Assembly: GCA_051439425.1 (NCBI GenBank)
Contig: JBFRWD010000143.1
Location: forward strand, 1-44,029
Source: Synechococcus sp.
Lineage (GTDB): Bacteria; Cyanobacteriota; Cyanobacteriia; Thermostichales; PCC-7336
Direction of reading: 5' to 3'
Length of the DNA: 44,029 nt
Of this stretch, positions 9,471 to 19,913 are shown piece by piece. How positions within the stretch are numbered: the first letter of the stretch is position 1; every line of letters begins with the position of its first letter. The position numbers were made by a program, and so were the translations under genes. The notes below the pieces were generated by a model that had not been told where the DNA came from, did not search any database, and worked only from the letters and a program-made list of their open reading frames with translations.

Positions 9471-11033
9471 TCAATCAGACTCGCCCTCTTCCCCAAGAGC
9501 TAGTGGAGAAGTACATCTTAGGTGTTGCGCTAAGTTGTCTGGGTCGACTGAATTAACGCCACTGATTTGCTCTAGAGATCTGGCTGCTCGAGCATGCCAC
9601 CAGGTGCCAATCGCCGCTGCATCTTCGGCATCAATTCCTTGTGCGAGTAATCCGCCAATTAAACCCGTGAGTACATCACCACTGCCTCCTCTGGCTAACG
9701 CAGGCGTGCTGTCTGGATTGACCCAGATTCTGTCTCCATTGGAAATGACGGTGCGAGCACCTTTGAGGAGCACGATGCTGTTACAGAGTTGGGCGGCTGT
9801 GAGAGCGGCAGCTAGGCGATGTTCTGGGGAAATGGTTGGAAATAGGCGACGAAATTCTCCGACATGTGGAGTGAGAATGGTTGAGCTGTTACGCCTGGCT
9901 ACCAGCTCTAGCGATGCTCTGGATAAGGCGTTCAATCCATCGGCATCTAGCAGGAGGGGTGCATCAATGGAACACACTTCTGCTAGTAGTTCACCAATAT
10001 TGGTGTCCATACCTGGACCGAATGCAATTGCCGAGTATCGCCCTTCCGAGAGTCCTGGAATGGCTGCGATACTGCCAGAAGGGGTTTGTGGGCACGCCAG
10101 CACTAAGGCTTCAGGCACCCTCTGCCGCACTGCCATGGCAACACTGTCGGGAACGGCTAGTGTGACCATACCAATTCCCGAAGGTCGCGCTCCCAATGCC
10201 GCGAGGATAGCAGCACCTGAGTATCGAGTTGAGCCACAAACGAGTAAGAGGTGGCCGTGATTATATTTGTGGGTGTTGGGATTGGGGGGACGATGGTGAT
10301 TTCCCCACCGTTGCTTGGGCAGATGATGTCGTACCCAAGTGGGAGTTAGCCGCTCAATCTGCGGCGTTTCTCCTAAGACTGCTGCGATCTTGGATAGTGG
10401 TAGCCCGAAGTCAACGAGTTTGAGATGCCCGATATACTCCAGTGCTCGATCCTGAACGAGACCTTGCTTCCACAATCCCAAGCAATAGGTTGTATGAGCG
10501 TGGATGGCCGTTCCGAGCACTTCTCCGCAGTCGGTTTCGATGCCGGATGGTACGTCGATACTAGCGATCGGAACGTTAGTCTGGTTCGCCCAGTTGACGG
10601 TCTCCGACCACAAGCCTGTTAGGGGACGACCCAACCCAAATCCGAATAATCCATCAATTAAGAGCTGGCAGTTGCTGAGGTCTGTGTACGTTGTTGTCCA
10701 GATTGCTCCTAGCGATCGCAAATAGCTCGCATGCGATGCCGTCAGATCCTTCACACGTTCCGTTGGCATCCAAACTGTCACATCACGTCCGGCCAGGAGT
10801 AATTCTCTGCCGACAACGAGTGCATCGCCTCCGTTGTGACCGGGGCCGATCAGAAGACCCACTGAGGGGTATGTAGTGATTGGGAAATCTTGTTGAATTT
10901 CTGAAAACAACAAGCCACCGACTTTTTCCATCAGCGCTGCAATTGGCATCCCGGCAGCAAAGACAGATTGTTCGATGGCTTGCATTTGAGCGGCTGTGAC
11001 GACAAAGCGATCGAGCCGACTCGATGAACTCAT
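9471..11033 (-). CDS. nnr: Bifunctional NAD(P)H-hydrate epimerase/dehydratase (YjeF/NnrDE)
   Basis: ALMEKVG, GPGHNGGDAL, IDGLFGFG, DVPSG, HKY..G, DADGLN, TPHVGEF, GGSGDVLTG; ATG at 11033. Confidence 0.95.
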   Translation of the reverse strand: MSSSSRLDRFVVTAAQMQAIEQSVFAAGMPIAALMEKVGGLLFSEIQQDFPITTYPSVGLLIGPGHNGGDALVVGRELLLAGRDVTVWMPTERVKDLTASHASYLRSLGAIWTTTYTDLSNCQLLIDGLFGFGLGRPLTGLWSETVNWANQTNVPIASIDVPSGIETDCGEVLGTAIHAHTTYCLGLWKQGLVQDRALEYIGHLKLVDFGLPLSKIAAVLGETPQIERLTPTWVRHHLPKQRWGNHHRPPNPNTHKYNHGHLLLVCGSTRYSGAAILAALGARPSGIGMVTLAVPDSVAMAVRQRVPEALVLACPQTPSGSIAAIPGLSEGRYSAIAFGPGMDTNIGELLAEVCSIDAPLLLDADGLNALSRASLELVARRNSSTILTPHVGEFRRLFPTISPEHRLAAALTAAQLCNSIVLLKGARTVISNGDRIWVNPDSTPALARGGSGDVLTGLIGGLLAQGIDAEDAAAIGTWWHARAARSLEQISGVNSVDPDNLAQHLRCTSPLALGEEGESD

Positions 11034-11046
11034 TCGGGTTAGCAAA

Positions 11047-11553
11047 CTAGCCAGCAATTCGCTGGAAATCTTGCAAGAAGCTAGGCAAGGTGGCGATTAC
11101 ATCTGAATTCTCGATCAGCAGGTATGCGGTGATTGCACCACCGAAACCACCGACCAAGAAACCGGCTGTAAAATTGCCCCAGTTCTCTTTGCTACCCAAG
11201 AAGGTGTCGTCATCAGTGACGTAGGAGTAGATGGACAAAGCCATCGTCATCAGCAAAACGATGCCACAAGCAGACAAAAAGCCAGCTACCAAACCAACGG
11301 GCTCGTTGCGCAGGGGGCCGAGAATGGCAAAGGGGCCAACCAACCAGTAACCGTGGGCCATGCCAATTTCCAAGCCGCGCAACAGAGGCGACATGCCGGG
11401 ACGCTTGTAAGGCAGCCAATTGATGAAAAATTTAACAGGCGGGGAATCGTTGACGGGAGTCATCAAGTTCCCGATCTGCGGATCGCCACTGGGGGCGGAT
11501 ACAAGGGACTTAGATTGAGTCATAGTAGTGAATGTTTCCAACGCGTCGGTCAA
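11047..11553 (-). CDS. psaL: Photosystem I subunit XI
   Basis: DPQIGNLxTP, RGLEIGMAHGYWLVGPF..LGPLRN, W..F..GF.VGG.GG; alternative ATG start at 11523. Confidence 0.95.
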   Translation of the reverse strand: MTDALETFTTMTQSKSLVSAPSGDPQIGNLMTPVNDSPPVKFFINWLPYKRPGMSPLLRGLEIGMAHGYWLVGPFAILGPLRNEPVGLVAGFLSACGIVLLMTMALSIYSYVTDDDTFLGSKENWGNFTAGFLVGGFGGAITAYLLIENSDVIATLPSFLQDFQRIAG

Positions 11554-11602
11554 CCGATATCAAATACTTCTGCAAAGAGATTGATCCAATATCAAACAAT
11601 TT

Positions 11603-11731
11603 TTAAAACACCAGAAGGTCGGGTACAAAACGATTGATTTCAATCAGAAGACCGGCGAGCAAAAAGGTTGTGATGGTAGCCACTACCGGTGCAGTTGCGA
11701 GATAAGTAGACAGCTTGTCGGTGTCTTTCAT
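11603..11731 (-). CDS. psaJ: Photosystem I subunit IX (42 aa, below the ORF-track cutoff)
   Basis: Manual translation [42 protein letters not shown]; lies between psaF and psaL. Confidence 0.95.
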   Translation of the reverse strand: MKDTDKLSTYLATAPVVATITTFLLAGLLIEINRFVPDLLVF

Positions 11732-11890
11732 TGTGTAATGCCTCTATTGTTCATTAGGGCTAAATACAGAAGTACTGCCTGTTTAGCCTCAATAGTTGAA
11801 GTGGACATTTGAGTGGACTCATTACTACCTTGCCGAGCTAGCTGGGTAGTAGTCATAAAGCAATAGACAGTCCACTCAACTCAGATTGCC

Positions 11891-12442
11891 CTAGCGAGGA
11901 GAAATAGGCACAGCTTTGTCGTCTTCACTGATAGCGCCAGAAGAGATTTCGGCAAACGCTAGTGCGGGCCAAGCAAAGGACTTGGCAATCGATGCGATCG
12001 CTAATGGGGTATCGATGATGATTTCTTTGGTGGTCGCATCGCCGCTTTCACGAGCAGCAATTAAGTAAGCTCGACCAGCCCAACCAATAAAGCCAGCAAC
12101 ATACAGGAACATCAAACCGGGGATGATGAATTCACCAGCGTGATTGAGGCGACCATCGGTTACCAAGTGGGGTAGACCTTCTTCGCCGCATAGCAGGGAG
12201 CCGTAGCGATCGAAGCGAGCGTTGGTTTGTGCAATTTGAGTCTTAATGAGAGCTGCGGTCGAGCTACCGGGCTCGGCAGCTGATAGCTTAGCTTCCAGAG
12301 CAGCAACGCGATCGCTCTGACGCTGAGTGAACGCAGGAGTATCACTGCAAGCGTTCAGTCCAATTAAGCCTTCAGCCTTAACTGCTTGGGGAGATCCCAA
12401 AAACAGCAGTACTGCTAGCAGTATCGTAAAGAGTTTTGCCAT
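11891..12442 (-). CDS. psaF: Photosystem I subunit III
   Basis: Signal peptide, L..C...PAF, RF..Y..LLCGEEGLPHL..DGR..HAGEF, YVAGFIGWAGRAYL, C-terminal ISPR; ATG at 12442. Confidence 0.96.
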   Translation of the reverse strand: MAKLFTILLAVLLFLGSPQAVKAEGLIGLNACSDTPAFTQRQSDRVAALEAKLSAAEPGSSTAALIKTQIAQTNARFDRYGSLLCGEEGLPHLVTDGRLNHAGEFIIPGLMFLYVAGFIGWAGRAYLIAARESGDATTKEIIIDTPLAIASIAKSFAWPALAFAEISSGAISEDDKAVPISPR

Positions 12443-12514
12443 GAAATTCTTTTCCCAGTGTGATGCATCAAGATAAATTAGGCTTCCGACTGGAAGGAGC
12501 CGAACTCGCCTTGA

Positions 12515-12553
12515 ATCATACTCCTTCACATATCGCTCGTAAACCAAAGTAAA
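12515..12553 (-). promoter_or_regulatory. Possible psaF promoter: TATGAT -10 box and HLR1-like (RpaB) direct repeat
   Basis: Minus strand TTTACTTT-GG-TTTACGAG (12536-12553) and TATGAT (12515-12520); imperfect match and spacing closer than typical. Confidence 0.3.
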
Positions 12554-12570
12554 ACGACTTAAATTTTCCA

Positions 12571-13629
12571 ATGGCAACTGTTCTTGCAATTGAAACAAGT
12601 TGTGACGAAACTGCCGCCGCGGTCGTTACAAATCGCAATATTTTAAGTACTGTTGTGGCATCTCAAATGGATATTCACGCGCAGTATGGAGGAGTTGTGC
12701 CGGAGGTGGCATCACGTCAACACGTTCCCGTTCTACAGCCGGTCATCGAGCAGGCCATGGCCGAGTCGCAATTGAATTGGGATCGGATCGATGCGATTGC
12801 CGTAACCTGTGCCCCTGGCCTGGTTGGGGCTTTGCTCGTTGGCGTGACGGCAGGCAAGACACTAGCTCTGCTCCACCGCAAACCTCTGATTGGAGTTCAC
12901 CACTTAGAAGGACATTTATTTAGTGGGTTTCTGGCTCAACCGCACTTACAGCCACCTCTACTAGCGTTGTTGGTATCGGGAGGGCATACCAGCTTGGTGC
13001 ACGTTCGGGCTGAAGGAGATTACGAAACCGTTGGTCAAACCTGTGATGATGCCGCTGGTGAAGCTTTCGATAAGGTTGCTCGGTTGTTGGGGTTGGGTTA
13101 TCCGGGTGGTCCGAAAATCGATCGTCTGGCAAAAACAGGAGACGCGACTGCCTTTTGTTTGCCAGAGGGTAAAGTCAAGCATCCCTACAATACGAGCTTC
13201 AGTGGCCTGAAAACCGCCGTGCTGAGGTTGGTACAGAAATTGGAAGCCTCGGATGCTTTGCTTCCGGCAGCGGACATTGCTGCTAGTTTTCAAGCTACTG
13301 TCGCGAAGGTATTGACGAAAAAGGCGATCGCTTGCGCAACCGATCTACACCTGCCGACAATTGTGGTAACGGGCGGCGTTGCCGCCAATAGTGAGTTGCG
13401 ACGTCAGTTGATAGATGCTGGAGACAAGGCTGGCATTCATATTGTGGTACCTCCCATTAGTCTTTGCACTGATAATGCTGCCATGATTGCTGCTGCCGCT
13501 GCTTCTCGCTACGAGCATGGATGGCGGTCACCGATGGACTTAGGGGTACGATCGCGTCTAAAACTGGAGGACATTCCAGCCCATCTCTACGATTCCGAGC
13601 TGCCTGTTTCAGCCTCAAACCTCGCTTGA
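12571..13629 (+). CDS. tsaD: tRNA N6-threonylcarbamoyladenosine transferase
   Basis: [10 protein letters not shown], [32 protein letters not shown]. Confidence 0.97.
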   Translation: MATVLAIETSCDETAAAVVTNRNILSTVVASQMDIHAQYGGVVPEVASRQHVPVLQPVIEQAMAESQLNWDRIDAIAVTCAPGLVGALLVGVTAGKTLALLHRKPLIGVHHLEGHLFSGFLAQPHLQPPLLALLVSGGHTSLVHVRAEGDYETVGQTCDDAAGEAFDKVARLLGLGYPGGPKIDRLAKTGDATAFCLPEGKVKHPYNTSFSGLKTAVLRLVQKLEASDALLPAADIAASFQATVAKVLTKKAIACATDLHLPTIVVTGGVAANSELRRQLIDAGDKAGIHIVVPPISLCTDNAAMIAAAAASRYEHGWRSPMDLGVRSRLKLEDIPAHLYDSELPVSASNLA

Positions 13630-14516
13630 CGAGCGGCTGACGACTCAACAGCTTCATCCTGTACGACCCATGTTGTGACAATTTCGATTTCCTCCGGACT
13701 CCACGTACCGAGTTTGTCCAATGGAAAACCGTTGATGCGCATATACCGCTGTTCGATGGCTTGACTGCCCGATCGTCGTCGGGCATGTATCTGTGTAAAC
13801 CGTGAGTCGATTAATGGGCTACTGGCGCTGCCGGGTTCGACAACGCTTAAGGTACCAGAATAGGTATCGAGTAATGCCGTGCTTCGGGAGGTGCCAAAGG
13901 CTCCGTGGCACCCCACACAACTTACATCGAGGAGTGGCTTAACATCGATGTCATAGGTAAATTCGGGCTCGGTTTTAAACGTAAATTGTACGGGTTCGGC
14001 CAGAGGTAACGTTGCCTGCAGGGGAAGGGTGAGCGTGTATTGGGTGCTATAGCCTAGCTCTTGCGAGGGTTCTAACACGATGCGATCGCCAGCTACGTTA
14101 AATTGCAGCGGTATTTCCGGCTCGACAGTGAGATCTAATGTATCCAGCGACTCGTCTAGCGTGTTGCTAAATTGAAGTTCGATACGGCTAGAAATCAGTA
14201 CATCCTTGGCATCGTTTGCGGGCTGACTACCCACTAAGCTAATGGGCGTTGATGCTGTCTCTGAAGTTGCTGGCACATCTTCGGGGTTGTCTTCTTGCGT
14301 GGGAGCGGGTGGGTTCACTCCTGGATTGACCGGGACGGGTTCTAGTTCCTCGTCATCCGGAGATACACCTTGGGCATATGAAGGCTCACCAAGCGATCCA
14401 GTCACCGGCAGGATTTGACTCCACAGGCTGGTTTGTAACACCAGCCAACCCGCAAGGATGCCTCCAAAGAGAAATAATCCGAGTCTCAAAACAACACTGC
14501 GACGATACCTGTTCAT
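13587..14516 (-). CDS. Exported Ig-like (Big_5-type) domain protein with C-terminal c-type cytochrome domain
   Basis: N-terminal hydrophobic signal ending SYA|Q; S.PA..A.DV....I...FS..LD and L.P...L.YST.YTL Big_5 pattern; Y..DVKPLL...CVGCHG and EEI..V..WV resemble planctomycete-type cytochrome c domains. Confidence 0.65.
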   Translation of the reverse strand: MNRYRRSVVLRLGLFLFGGILAGWLVLQTSLWSQILPVTGSLGEPSYAQGVSPDDEELEPVPVNPGVNPPAPTQEDNPEDVPATSETASTPISLVGSQPANDAKDVLISSRIELQFSNTLDESLDTLDLTVEPEIPLQFNVAGDRIVLEPSQELGYSTQYTLTLPLQATLPLAEPVQFTFKTEPEFTYDIDVKPLLDVSCVGCHGAFGTSRSTALLDTYSGTLSVVEPGSASSPLIDSRFTQIHARRRSGSQAIEQRYMRINGFPLDKLGTWSPEEIEIVTTWVVQDEAVESSAARQARFEAETGSSES

Positions 14517-14752
14517 GACGGATGGACCTCTCAAGCCACTCGCTACTTACAAAGGTTGCTATGTCAGTTGGGACGTTGTCTGGCGGGACAGTCTGCCAGA
14601 GCTGAATGGTGACGAGCAGTATGGTTACCACTCCATGACGTTAAGACGTCGATCCCAAGAAAAGAGTTGCCAAGCTGACGCCCGCTTGTGGATAAGCTTG
14701 CGAATTTCCTGACAACTCTGGTGGATGTGAACCAAGAATCGGTAGCTGACGC

Positions 14753-17212
14753 TTACGAATCCTTGACGATGTGTGGAGTCATGAGGAGAACAACTTCACG
14801 CCGATCGTTGTCAATGCGCTCTTGTCTGAAGAGGAAGCCTAATAGGGGAATATCTCCTAAAATAGGGACTTTCTCGACACTGACGAGATCGCTATCTTGA
14901 ATCAATCCCGACAGTACAAAGGTTTGACCATCTCTCAAGCGAATTTGTTGGGTATTCAAGGTTCGTTGGCTTAAGAGAGTGATAGTTGTCTCGCCTAGTT
15001 GTTCTTGGGATGCCGGAGAGGACACCTGAGGAGAGAGATCTAGGCTGACGAAGCCGTTGTCGTCAATGCGAACATTACGAACCGATAGACTGACGCCAGC
15101 ATTGCCGATCACTGCTGTTTCGGTCGTGAGCAAGGTGGCAGGATCGGTAGTAATCTCAACATTCGTAATTACCTCATCACCAATGGCGATCGTTGTGTAT
15201 CCTCCATCGCTAACTAACACTTTTGGATCGGCCAAGATCTTCGATCGAGTATTGACGACTAAAGCTTGGATATCAAGGGTACCGAGCGGATCAGTGAAGT
15301 TATTCAGGACGGTATCGAAGCTAAAGTTCAGACCAGAGGGACCGGAAACAATCGGTCGAGAGTCTATGATGCCATCTTGACCGGGCTCGCCTGAAGAAGC
15401 ATCGAATGTGTCTGCCGGTGGGTTCGAGGCGCCAGTACCAATACCGAATTGACCGGCTCCTGCAAATCCTTCAGTGGAGAGTGTGAAGTCATCGCCAATC
15501 AGAAAATCGATCAGCTTAAAGTCAATGACAGCCTGTCGATTTCGAACGTCTAGTTGAGCAATTTTCGCTGCTACAAGATCGAGCTGATTCGGGGTACCCA
15601 CTGCAGTGATTGAGTTGGTTCGCTCGTCTCCGTAAAATTGAACCCCTGCGAACGGTCCTCCCTCCCCGGCAAATTCTTCCAAGGTGTTGAGGATACCTAC
15701 AATCTCGATGTCTTCGCCACTAACGGTATTTGTTTCCCCAATTGATGGAGTGATGCCTCCAAACGCTAACGTTGTGTCGTTAACATAAGCTTGGTTGAGC
15801 CTAAAAGTCCTGAGGGTTTCTTGCTGAACTCCTGGGAGGGAAGTGCCAATGAATAGAGTGCGTCCTACTCGCTCTGCCTGCAACTCATTGAGTCTCAGGA
15901 CTGAGTTAAAGACTGTTTGTAAAGGAGAGTCAGCAACATCCAGCGAGATAGTCGATCCTGCTGGGACGTCGTTTAGTACTACATCCAAACCAGCACGCCG
16001 CACCAGCAGGCTGAGAACGTCAGCGACGGGGGCATCCTTAAGTGTCAAGGTCACTTGCTCGCGACTGCCTAACTCGACTGCCGGAGCGGTCAGAACAATA
16101 TCTCCAGTCACGATATCGCCAATGGGGGGAGCTGCTGCTGCCGTAATATTCAATGTTGGGGAGGGGTTGTTTTCGGGAATTGGTGTTGGGACTCTGGGAT
16201 CTGTGGATGGAGTGACAGCGAGAGTATTAGAGGTGTCATCGAACGTTACAGCAGGGCTGCCAGGTGTTTGGAACACTTGGGTGGGAGCTGCGCTAATTTC
16301 ATCTGGAGTAGATATCGTCGATACTTCCGAATTTGCGGATGTTTGGTTGAGGTACGTATCGATGGGGGATAGTAAACCATTATCCAAGTACCGAGTCGTG
16401 GGAGTCTCGTTATTGATGGGATACGGAATTGGGGTAGGAGCTGCAGCCGTTTCTATAGGGCCTGGAGACGACGATTCCTCCAGAGATGCATCTGATTCTT
16501 GGTCAATATCGACGATGTCGAACAAATCTGGCGGGGATTCAGAAACCTCGGATGTTGCTAGTGGAGGTTCTGTCGCGGAAATCGATTCGTTGGCTTCGCC
16601 CGACGGGCTGGCTTCACTGGTAGAGCTGGAAGCGATTTGCCCGCTCGCTGCTGCAGGGAGACTGTTGGCTAAAATCTCATCGGGTTGGATATCAAGAGAT
16701 GCTGAGTTAGCATCGGGGGCCATCGCCAGTTCACTGGAAGCACTGGCGAGTCCCGCAAATTCGAACATAATCTGTTCGGCAGAACGATTGGTCAGCGATC
16801 CGTCTGGAACTTGGGTGCTACCTGTTAAACGGATTTCAACGCTATTGTCATCGACTTGAATGGCAGTAATTTTGCTAACGCCATCAATAGGATTCTCTTC
16901 AGAATAAGCTTGCGATCCATTTGGCAACTCGAGTGTTGCGTGGGCAACGGTCCCCACCCATTCACTATCGGTTTGGGTAAATAGCACCTCTGAATCGTGC
17001 TGCCCAGACAGGTAGATGACCATACGAATGGTCTCATTTTCCTGTACGAAATCAATCGCTTTAACTAGGTTGGGTTCCTCTTGATTAACATCATTAGCCG
17101 CGAAAACCTTGTGCTGCTGTGATTGTGGTAGCACAACACTAACGGCAGTTAGCGGCAAACTGAGAGCTAAGCCTGCAGCCATACAGCTTTGCAGGCGACG
17201 TTGAATACTCAT
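14753..17212 (-). CDS. pilQ: Type IV pilus secretin (AMIN + linker + secretin)
   Basis: VTLTLKDAPVADVLSLL, DERTNSIT..G, C-terminal RLRDGQTFVLSGLIQ..KVPILGDIPLLGFLFR; follows pilMNO; ATG at 17212. Confidence 0.92.
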   Translation of the reverse strand: MSIQRRLQSCMAAGLALSLPLTAVSVVLPQSQQHKVFAANDVNQEEPNLVKAIDFVQENETIRMVIYLSGQHDSEVLFTQTDSEWVGTVAHATLELPNGSQAYSEENPIDGVSKITAIQVDDNSVEIRLTGSTQVPDGSLTNRSAEQIMFEFAGLASASSELAMAPDANSASLDIQPDEILANSLPAAASGQIASSSTSEASPSGEANESISATEPPLATSEVSESPPDLFDIVDIDQESDASLEESSSPGPIETAAAPTPIPYPINNETPTTRYLDNGLLSPIDTYLNQTSANSEVSTISTPDEISAAPTQVFQTPGSPAVTFDDTSNTLAVTPSTDPRVPTPIPENNPSPTLNITAAAAPPIGDIVTGDIVLTAPAVELGSREQVTLTLKDAPVADVLSLLVRRAGLDVVLNDVPAGSTISLDVADSPLQTVFNSVLRLNELQAERVGRTLFIGTSLPGVQQETLRTFRLNQAYVNDTTLAFGGITPSIGETNTVSGEDIEIVGILNTLEEFAGEGGPFAGVQFYGDERTNSITAVGTPNQLDLVAAKIAQLDVRNRQAVIDFKLIDFLIGDDFTLSTEGFAGAGQFGIGTGASNPPADTFDASSGEPGQDGIIDSRPIVSGPSGLNFSFDTVLNNFTDPLGTLDIQALVVNTRSKILADPKVLVSDGGYTTIAIGDEVITNVEITTDPATLLTTETAVIGNAGVSLSVRNVRIDDNGFVSLDLSPQVSSPASQEQLGETTITLLSQRTLNTQQIRLRDGQTFVLSGLIQDSDLVSVEKVPILGDIPLLGFLFRQERIDNDRREVVLLMTPHIVKDS

Positions 17213-17398
17213 CTCCACACACCTCAAAAATCCAGTTGAACCTAGTAGATTCCGTTGCACACTACACGTGTTTCAGCTTGGGTTGCTCGTCGTAAAAGTG
17301 ATGGGGAGTCCTGTGTCTCTCTCGCTGCAGACAAGCAACTTAACCGTTCACCGACTAAAGCGGTGATTGATGTGTATTTGATGGCACAACGGTGTGGG

Positions 17399-18109
17399 CT
17401 ACTCTTGGGTAGCCCCTTCTTCCTCAGCCGCTGGTATGGCTATAGGAATTGAACTGTCGTAGATGAATGCATCCAAATTAAATTGAGTGGTCTGAATGGC
17501 ATTTTCGTCATTGACAGACATATTCAGGTTGGACACTTTAAAGAGAGTTTCCAACCGTTCGATGTTGCCCATCAACTCAATCCCCGATTGGTACGTGTTG
17601 CTATTCACGGCAATTTCTGTCGAGTTTTGAGTGATTTGAGGTTGGATGGCGGCAGGAACACCGTCACCCGCAGGTTGGGGAGCATTGGGCACAAAACTAG
17701 CAAGCTCGGTGTCGCTTTGTTGAACGAGGCGGCTGACTTCTAATAGCTGGGTGTTGACATTTTCGGGCGTGGGTAACAATGCGCTGATGGCGGCATTGAG
17801 TGCTCGAGCTTGGTTAATGTCTTGGTCGATGTTCTCAAGACTGGCGATCGCGTCTTGGGCGCTGGTGAGCTGAGATCGTTTAGTCTGAACATCGGCTTCA
17901 GTGGCCTGAATTTTTTGCCAGGTGGGCTTTAGCGAGACGAAACTGAGTGCAAAAACACCGATCAGACCCAGAGCACCGATAATCAGTCCCATGCGAACGG
18001 GGGTAAGTTCTAACCCCAAGACTGAAATATTGCCTTGGGCTTGTTCGAGGGCTGCCAACTCTTCGGGAGTTGGGATGTACTCCTCTTGGCCATCGTATCC
18101 ATAGCTCAT
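17399..18109 (-). CDS. pilO: Type IV pilus alignment protein PilO
   Basis: Single TM plus coiled coil, LL.VSRLV, F.P, IERLETL..V.N pattern; position in pilMNOQ. Confidence 0.8.
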   Translation of the reverse strand: MSYGYDGQEEYIPTPEELAALEQAQGNISVLGLELTPVRMGLIIGALGLIGVFALSFVSLKPTWQKIQATEADVQTKRSQLTSAQDAIASLENIDQDINQARALNAAISALLPTPENVNTQLLEVSRLVQQSDTELASFVPNAPQPAGDGVPAAIQPQITQNSTEIAVNSNTYQSGIELMGNIERLETLFKVSNLNMSVNDENAIQTTQFNLDAFIYDSSIPIAIPAAEEEGATQE

Positions 18110-18804
18110 TACTGCACCTCCAAGTCGCGCAGGATCTCAACTTTTCTGACTAGGCCACTGGAACCGTTGGCGGCTAGCGTATCCAAGAGTTCATCTAAAC
18201 TGCGACTGGTGAGATCCACTCGCATGCGATAGTCCACAACGCTCAGGGCTTCCTCCTCATCGGTACTGAGGACTGCGCTTTCCAAAACTGCGTTGGCAAT
18301 CAGTGGAGATTGCAGCAGGGTTAGCTGAAAGTCGTTAACGCTTTGGAAGCGGGTGGATTGTCCGGTGATATTGACCGTATTGTTATCTGCAGAAATACTG
18401 GTTAACCAAACGTCGGATGGGGTTTGGTTGCGAATATCTTCCAAAATGGCCGACCACGGTTGAACGTCGTTAAAAAAGCTCTTGAAGGCTTGAGTACGAT
18501 CGTTGATAGCGGATAGCTCGGACTCTAAGGCCCTGAGTTGACCAAGTTCTGCCTGAGCAGTGGCTAGTTCTTGCGAGATTGTGCTTTGTTCTTCTTCTAG
18601 TGAGGCTAGGCGCCGCCGGAAGGTGAAATCAGCAATAGCGTACGAACCGAGCAGGATAAACGAGATCGCAACCCCGATGAGGATGGCATTGACACCTCCC
18701 AACAGACCGCTACTGACGCCGGAGCTCATTCCCGAGCTCTGGGATGGTAGTGGACTGTATTGGTCTTGTCGTTGTCTGAGAAAGTTAATGTCTGGAGTAT
18801 GCAC
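18109..18804 (-). CDS. pilN: Type IV pilus alignment protein PilN
   Basis: DINFL N-terminal motif, PWSAILEDIR..TP, ITGQS..F.SVNDF.L.L. Confidence 0.9.
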   Translation of the reverse strand: MHTPDINFLRQRQDQYSPLPSQSSGMSSGVSSGLLGGVNAILIGVAISFILLGSYAIADFTFRRRLASLEEEQSTISQELATAQAELGQLRALESELSAINDRTQAFKSFFNDVQPWSAILEDIRNQTPSDVWLTSISADNNTVNITGQSTRFQSVNDFQLTLLQSPLIANAVLESAVLSTDEEEALSVVDYRMRVDLTSRSLDELLDTLAANGSSGLVRKVEILRDLEVQ

Positions 18805-18818
18805 GGGTATTGTCTCCG

Positions 18819-19913
18819 CTAGTTCTCACGCAAACCAAGGCCGACTGCAACCCCTAAGGTGGGTTTTTCTGCGTCAGCGATGTTCAGCGATGCTGGGATG
18901 GTGATGCTGCTAAATGGATCGGCTAGTACAACGGTTTGGCTTAATTGTTGACTCATGAAAATGTCAATGTCGCCCAGTGAGGCTCCGCTACCAGAGAGCA
19001 GAATTTGCACAACTGATGAACTACCTTCTTGATTGGCATAGAAGTCGATCGATCGCTGTAGTTCATCAGCGAGATCGACCAGTACCCTGGCAACTGCGGA
19101 GCTGCCGGGGTTGCCCGCTTGGCGATCACCAAATTCTGTGTCTACTAGGGGGAGTTTCAAGGATTTCAGCAGCGAATCTGCTGAGGATGACGGCACGTTG
19201 AGTGCCTCTCCTAACACCTGGTGCATTTGGGATGTGCCAATGCCGATGGTGCGTGTGAATTGCGGAATCCCTGACACAATAATGCTGATTTCAGAGGCTT
19301 CGTAGCCGATGGAAACGAGGGCTATCGCCTCCTGAGGACCAAATTGAACCAGTTGATCCTTGATGGCTCGAATCGTGGCAAAGCTGGACAACTCGATCGA
19401 CTCCGCCTGAAGGCCGGCAGAACCCAAGACCTCAACATAGTTATCAACGATGTCTTTGGGGATTGCGACTAGCAGCACCTCCATTTCCTCGGTGCCCTCA
19501 GAAGTGACTTGGATGCCTAACGGTTGATAGTCAATGTCTGCTTCATCCCGAGGGAATGGGATGTAAAGCTCGGCCTCTTGGTTGAGGATGGTATCGCGGA
19601 GTTCATCTTCCTGAAGGTCGGGTGGCAATCGTAAGAGTCTGACGATTGCTTCTCGTCCTGGAATTGCACCTGCTACAGCCGCTTGCTTAATTCTGCTATC
19701 TCCAAGCAATTGCCTGAGAGCAGAGCCGACGGCCATAGGGTCGACGATCTTACCTTCCTCCATGCTGCCGGCTGGCATGGGGGTACTGGCATAATTGGCG
19801 AGTTTAAGATTGGCACCCTGCTGCTTGATTTCCACCACAGAAATCGATTCAGGAGTCAAATCGACCCCTAGCAGGTTGCTTCGACCGCCACCGGAAAAAA
19901 GTTGTTTGATCAC
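18819..19913 (-). CDS. pilM: Type IV pilus assembly protein PilM
   Basis: LGVDL, EAELYIPFPRDEADIDYQ, VLLVA, ELQRSIDFY, GLGLR. Confidence 0.95.
   Translation of the reverse strand: MIKQLFSGGGRSNLLGVDLTPESISVVEIKQQGANLKLANYASTPMPAGSMEEGKIVDPMAVGSALRQLLGDSRIKQAAVAGAIPGREAIVRLLRLPPDLQEDELRDTILNQEAELYIPFPRDEADIDYQPLGIQVTSEGTEEMEVLLVAIPKDIVDNYVEVLGSAGLQAESIELSSFATIRAIKDQLVQFGPQEAIALVSIGYEASEISIIVSGIPQFTRTIGIGTSQMHQVLGEALNVPSSSADSLLKSLKLPLVDTEFGDRQAGNPGSSAVARVLVDLADELQRSIDFYANQEGSSSVVQILLSGSGASLGDIDIFMSQQLSQTVVLADPFSSITIPASLNIADAEKPTLGVAVGLGLREN

Noticed and set aside
9445..10260. 271-aa plus-strand ORF
   Set aside because: Antisense to nnr
14687..14695. Single perfect DnaA box (TGTGGATAA) between pilQ and the cytochrome gene
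   Set aside because: An isolated 9-mer can occur by chance; no cluster around it
15843..16859. 338-aa plus-strand ORF
   Set aside because: Antisense to the low-complexity pilQ linker
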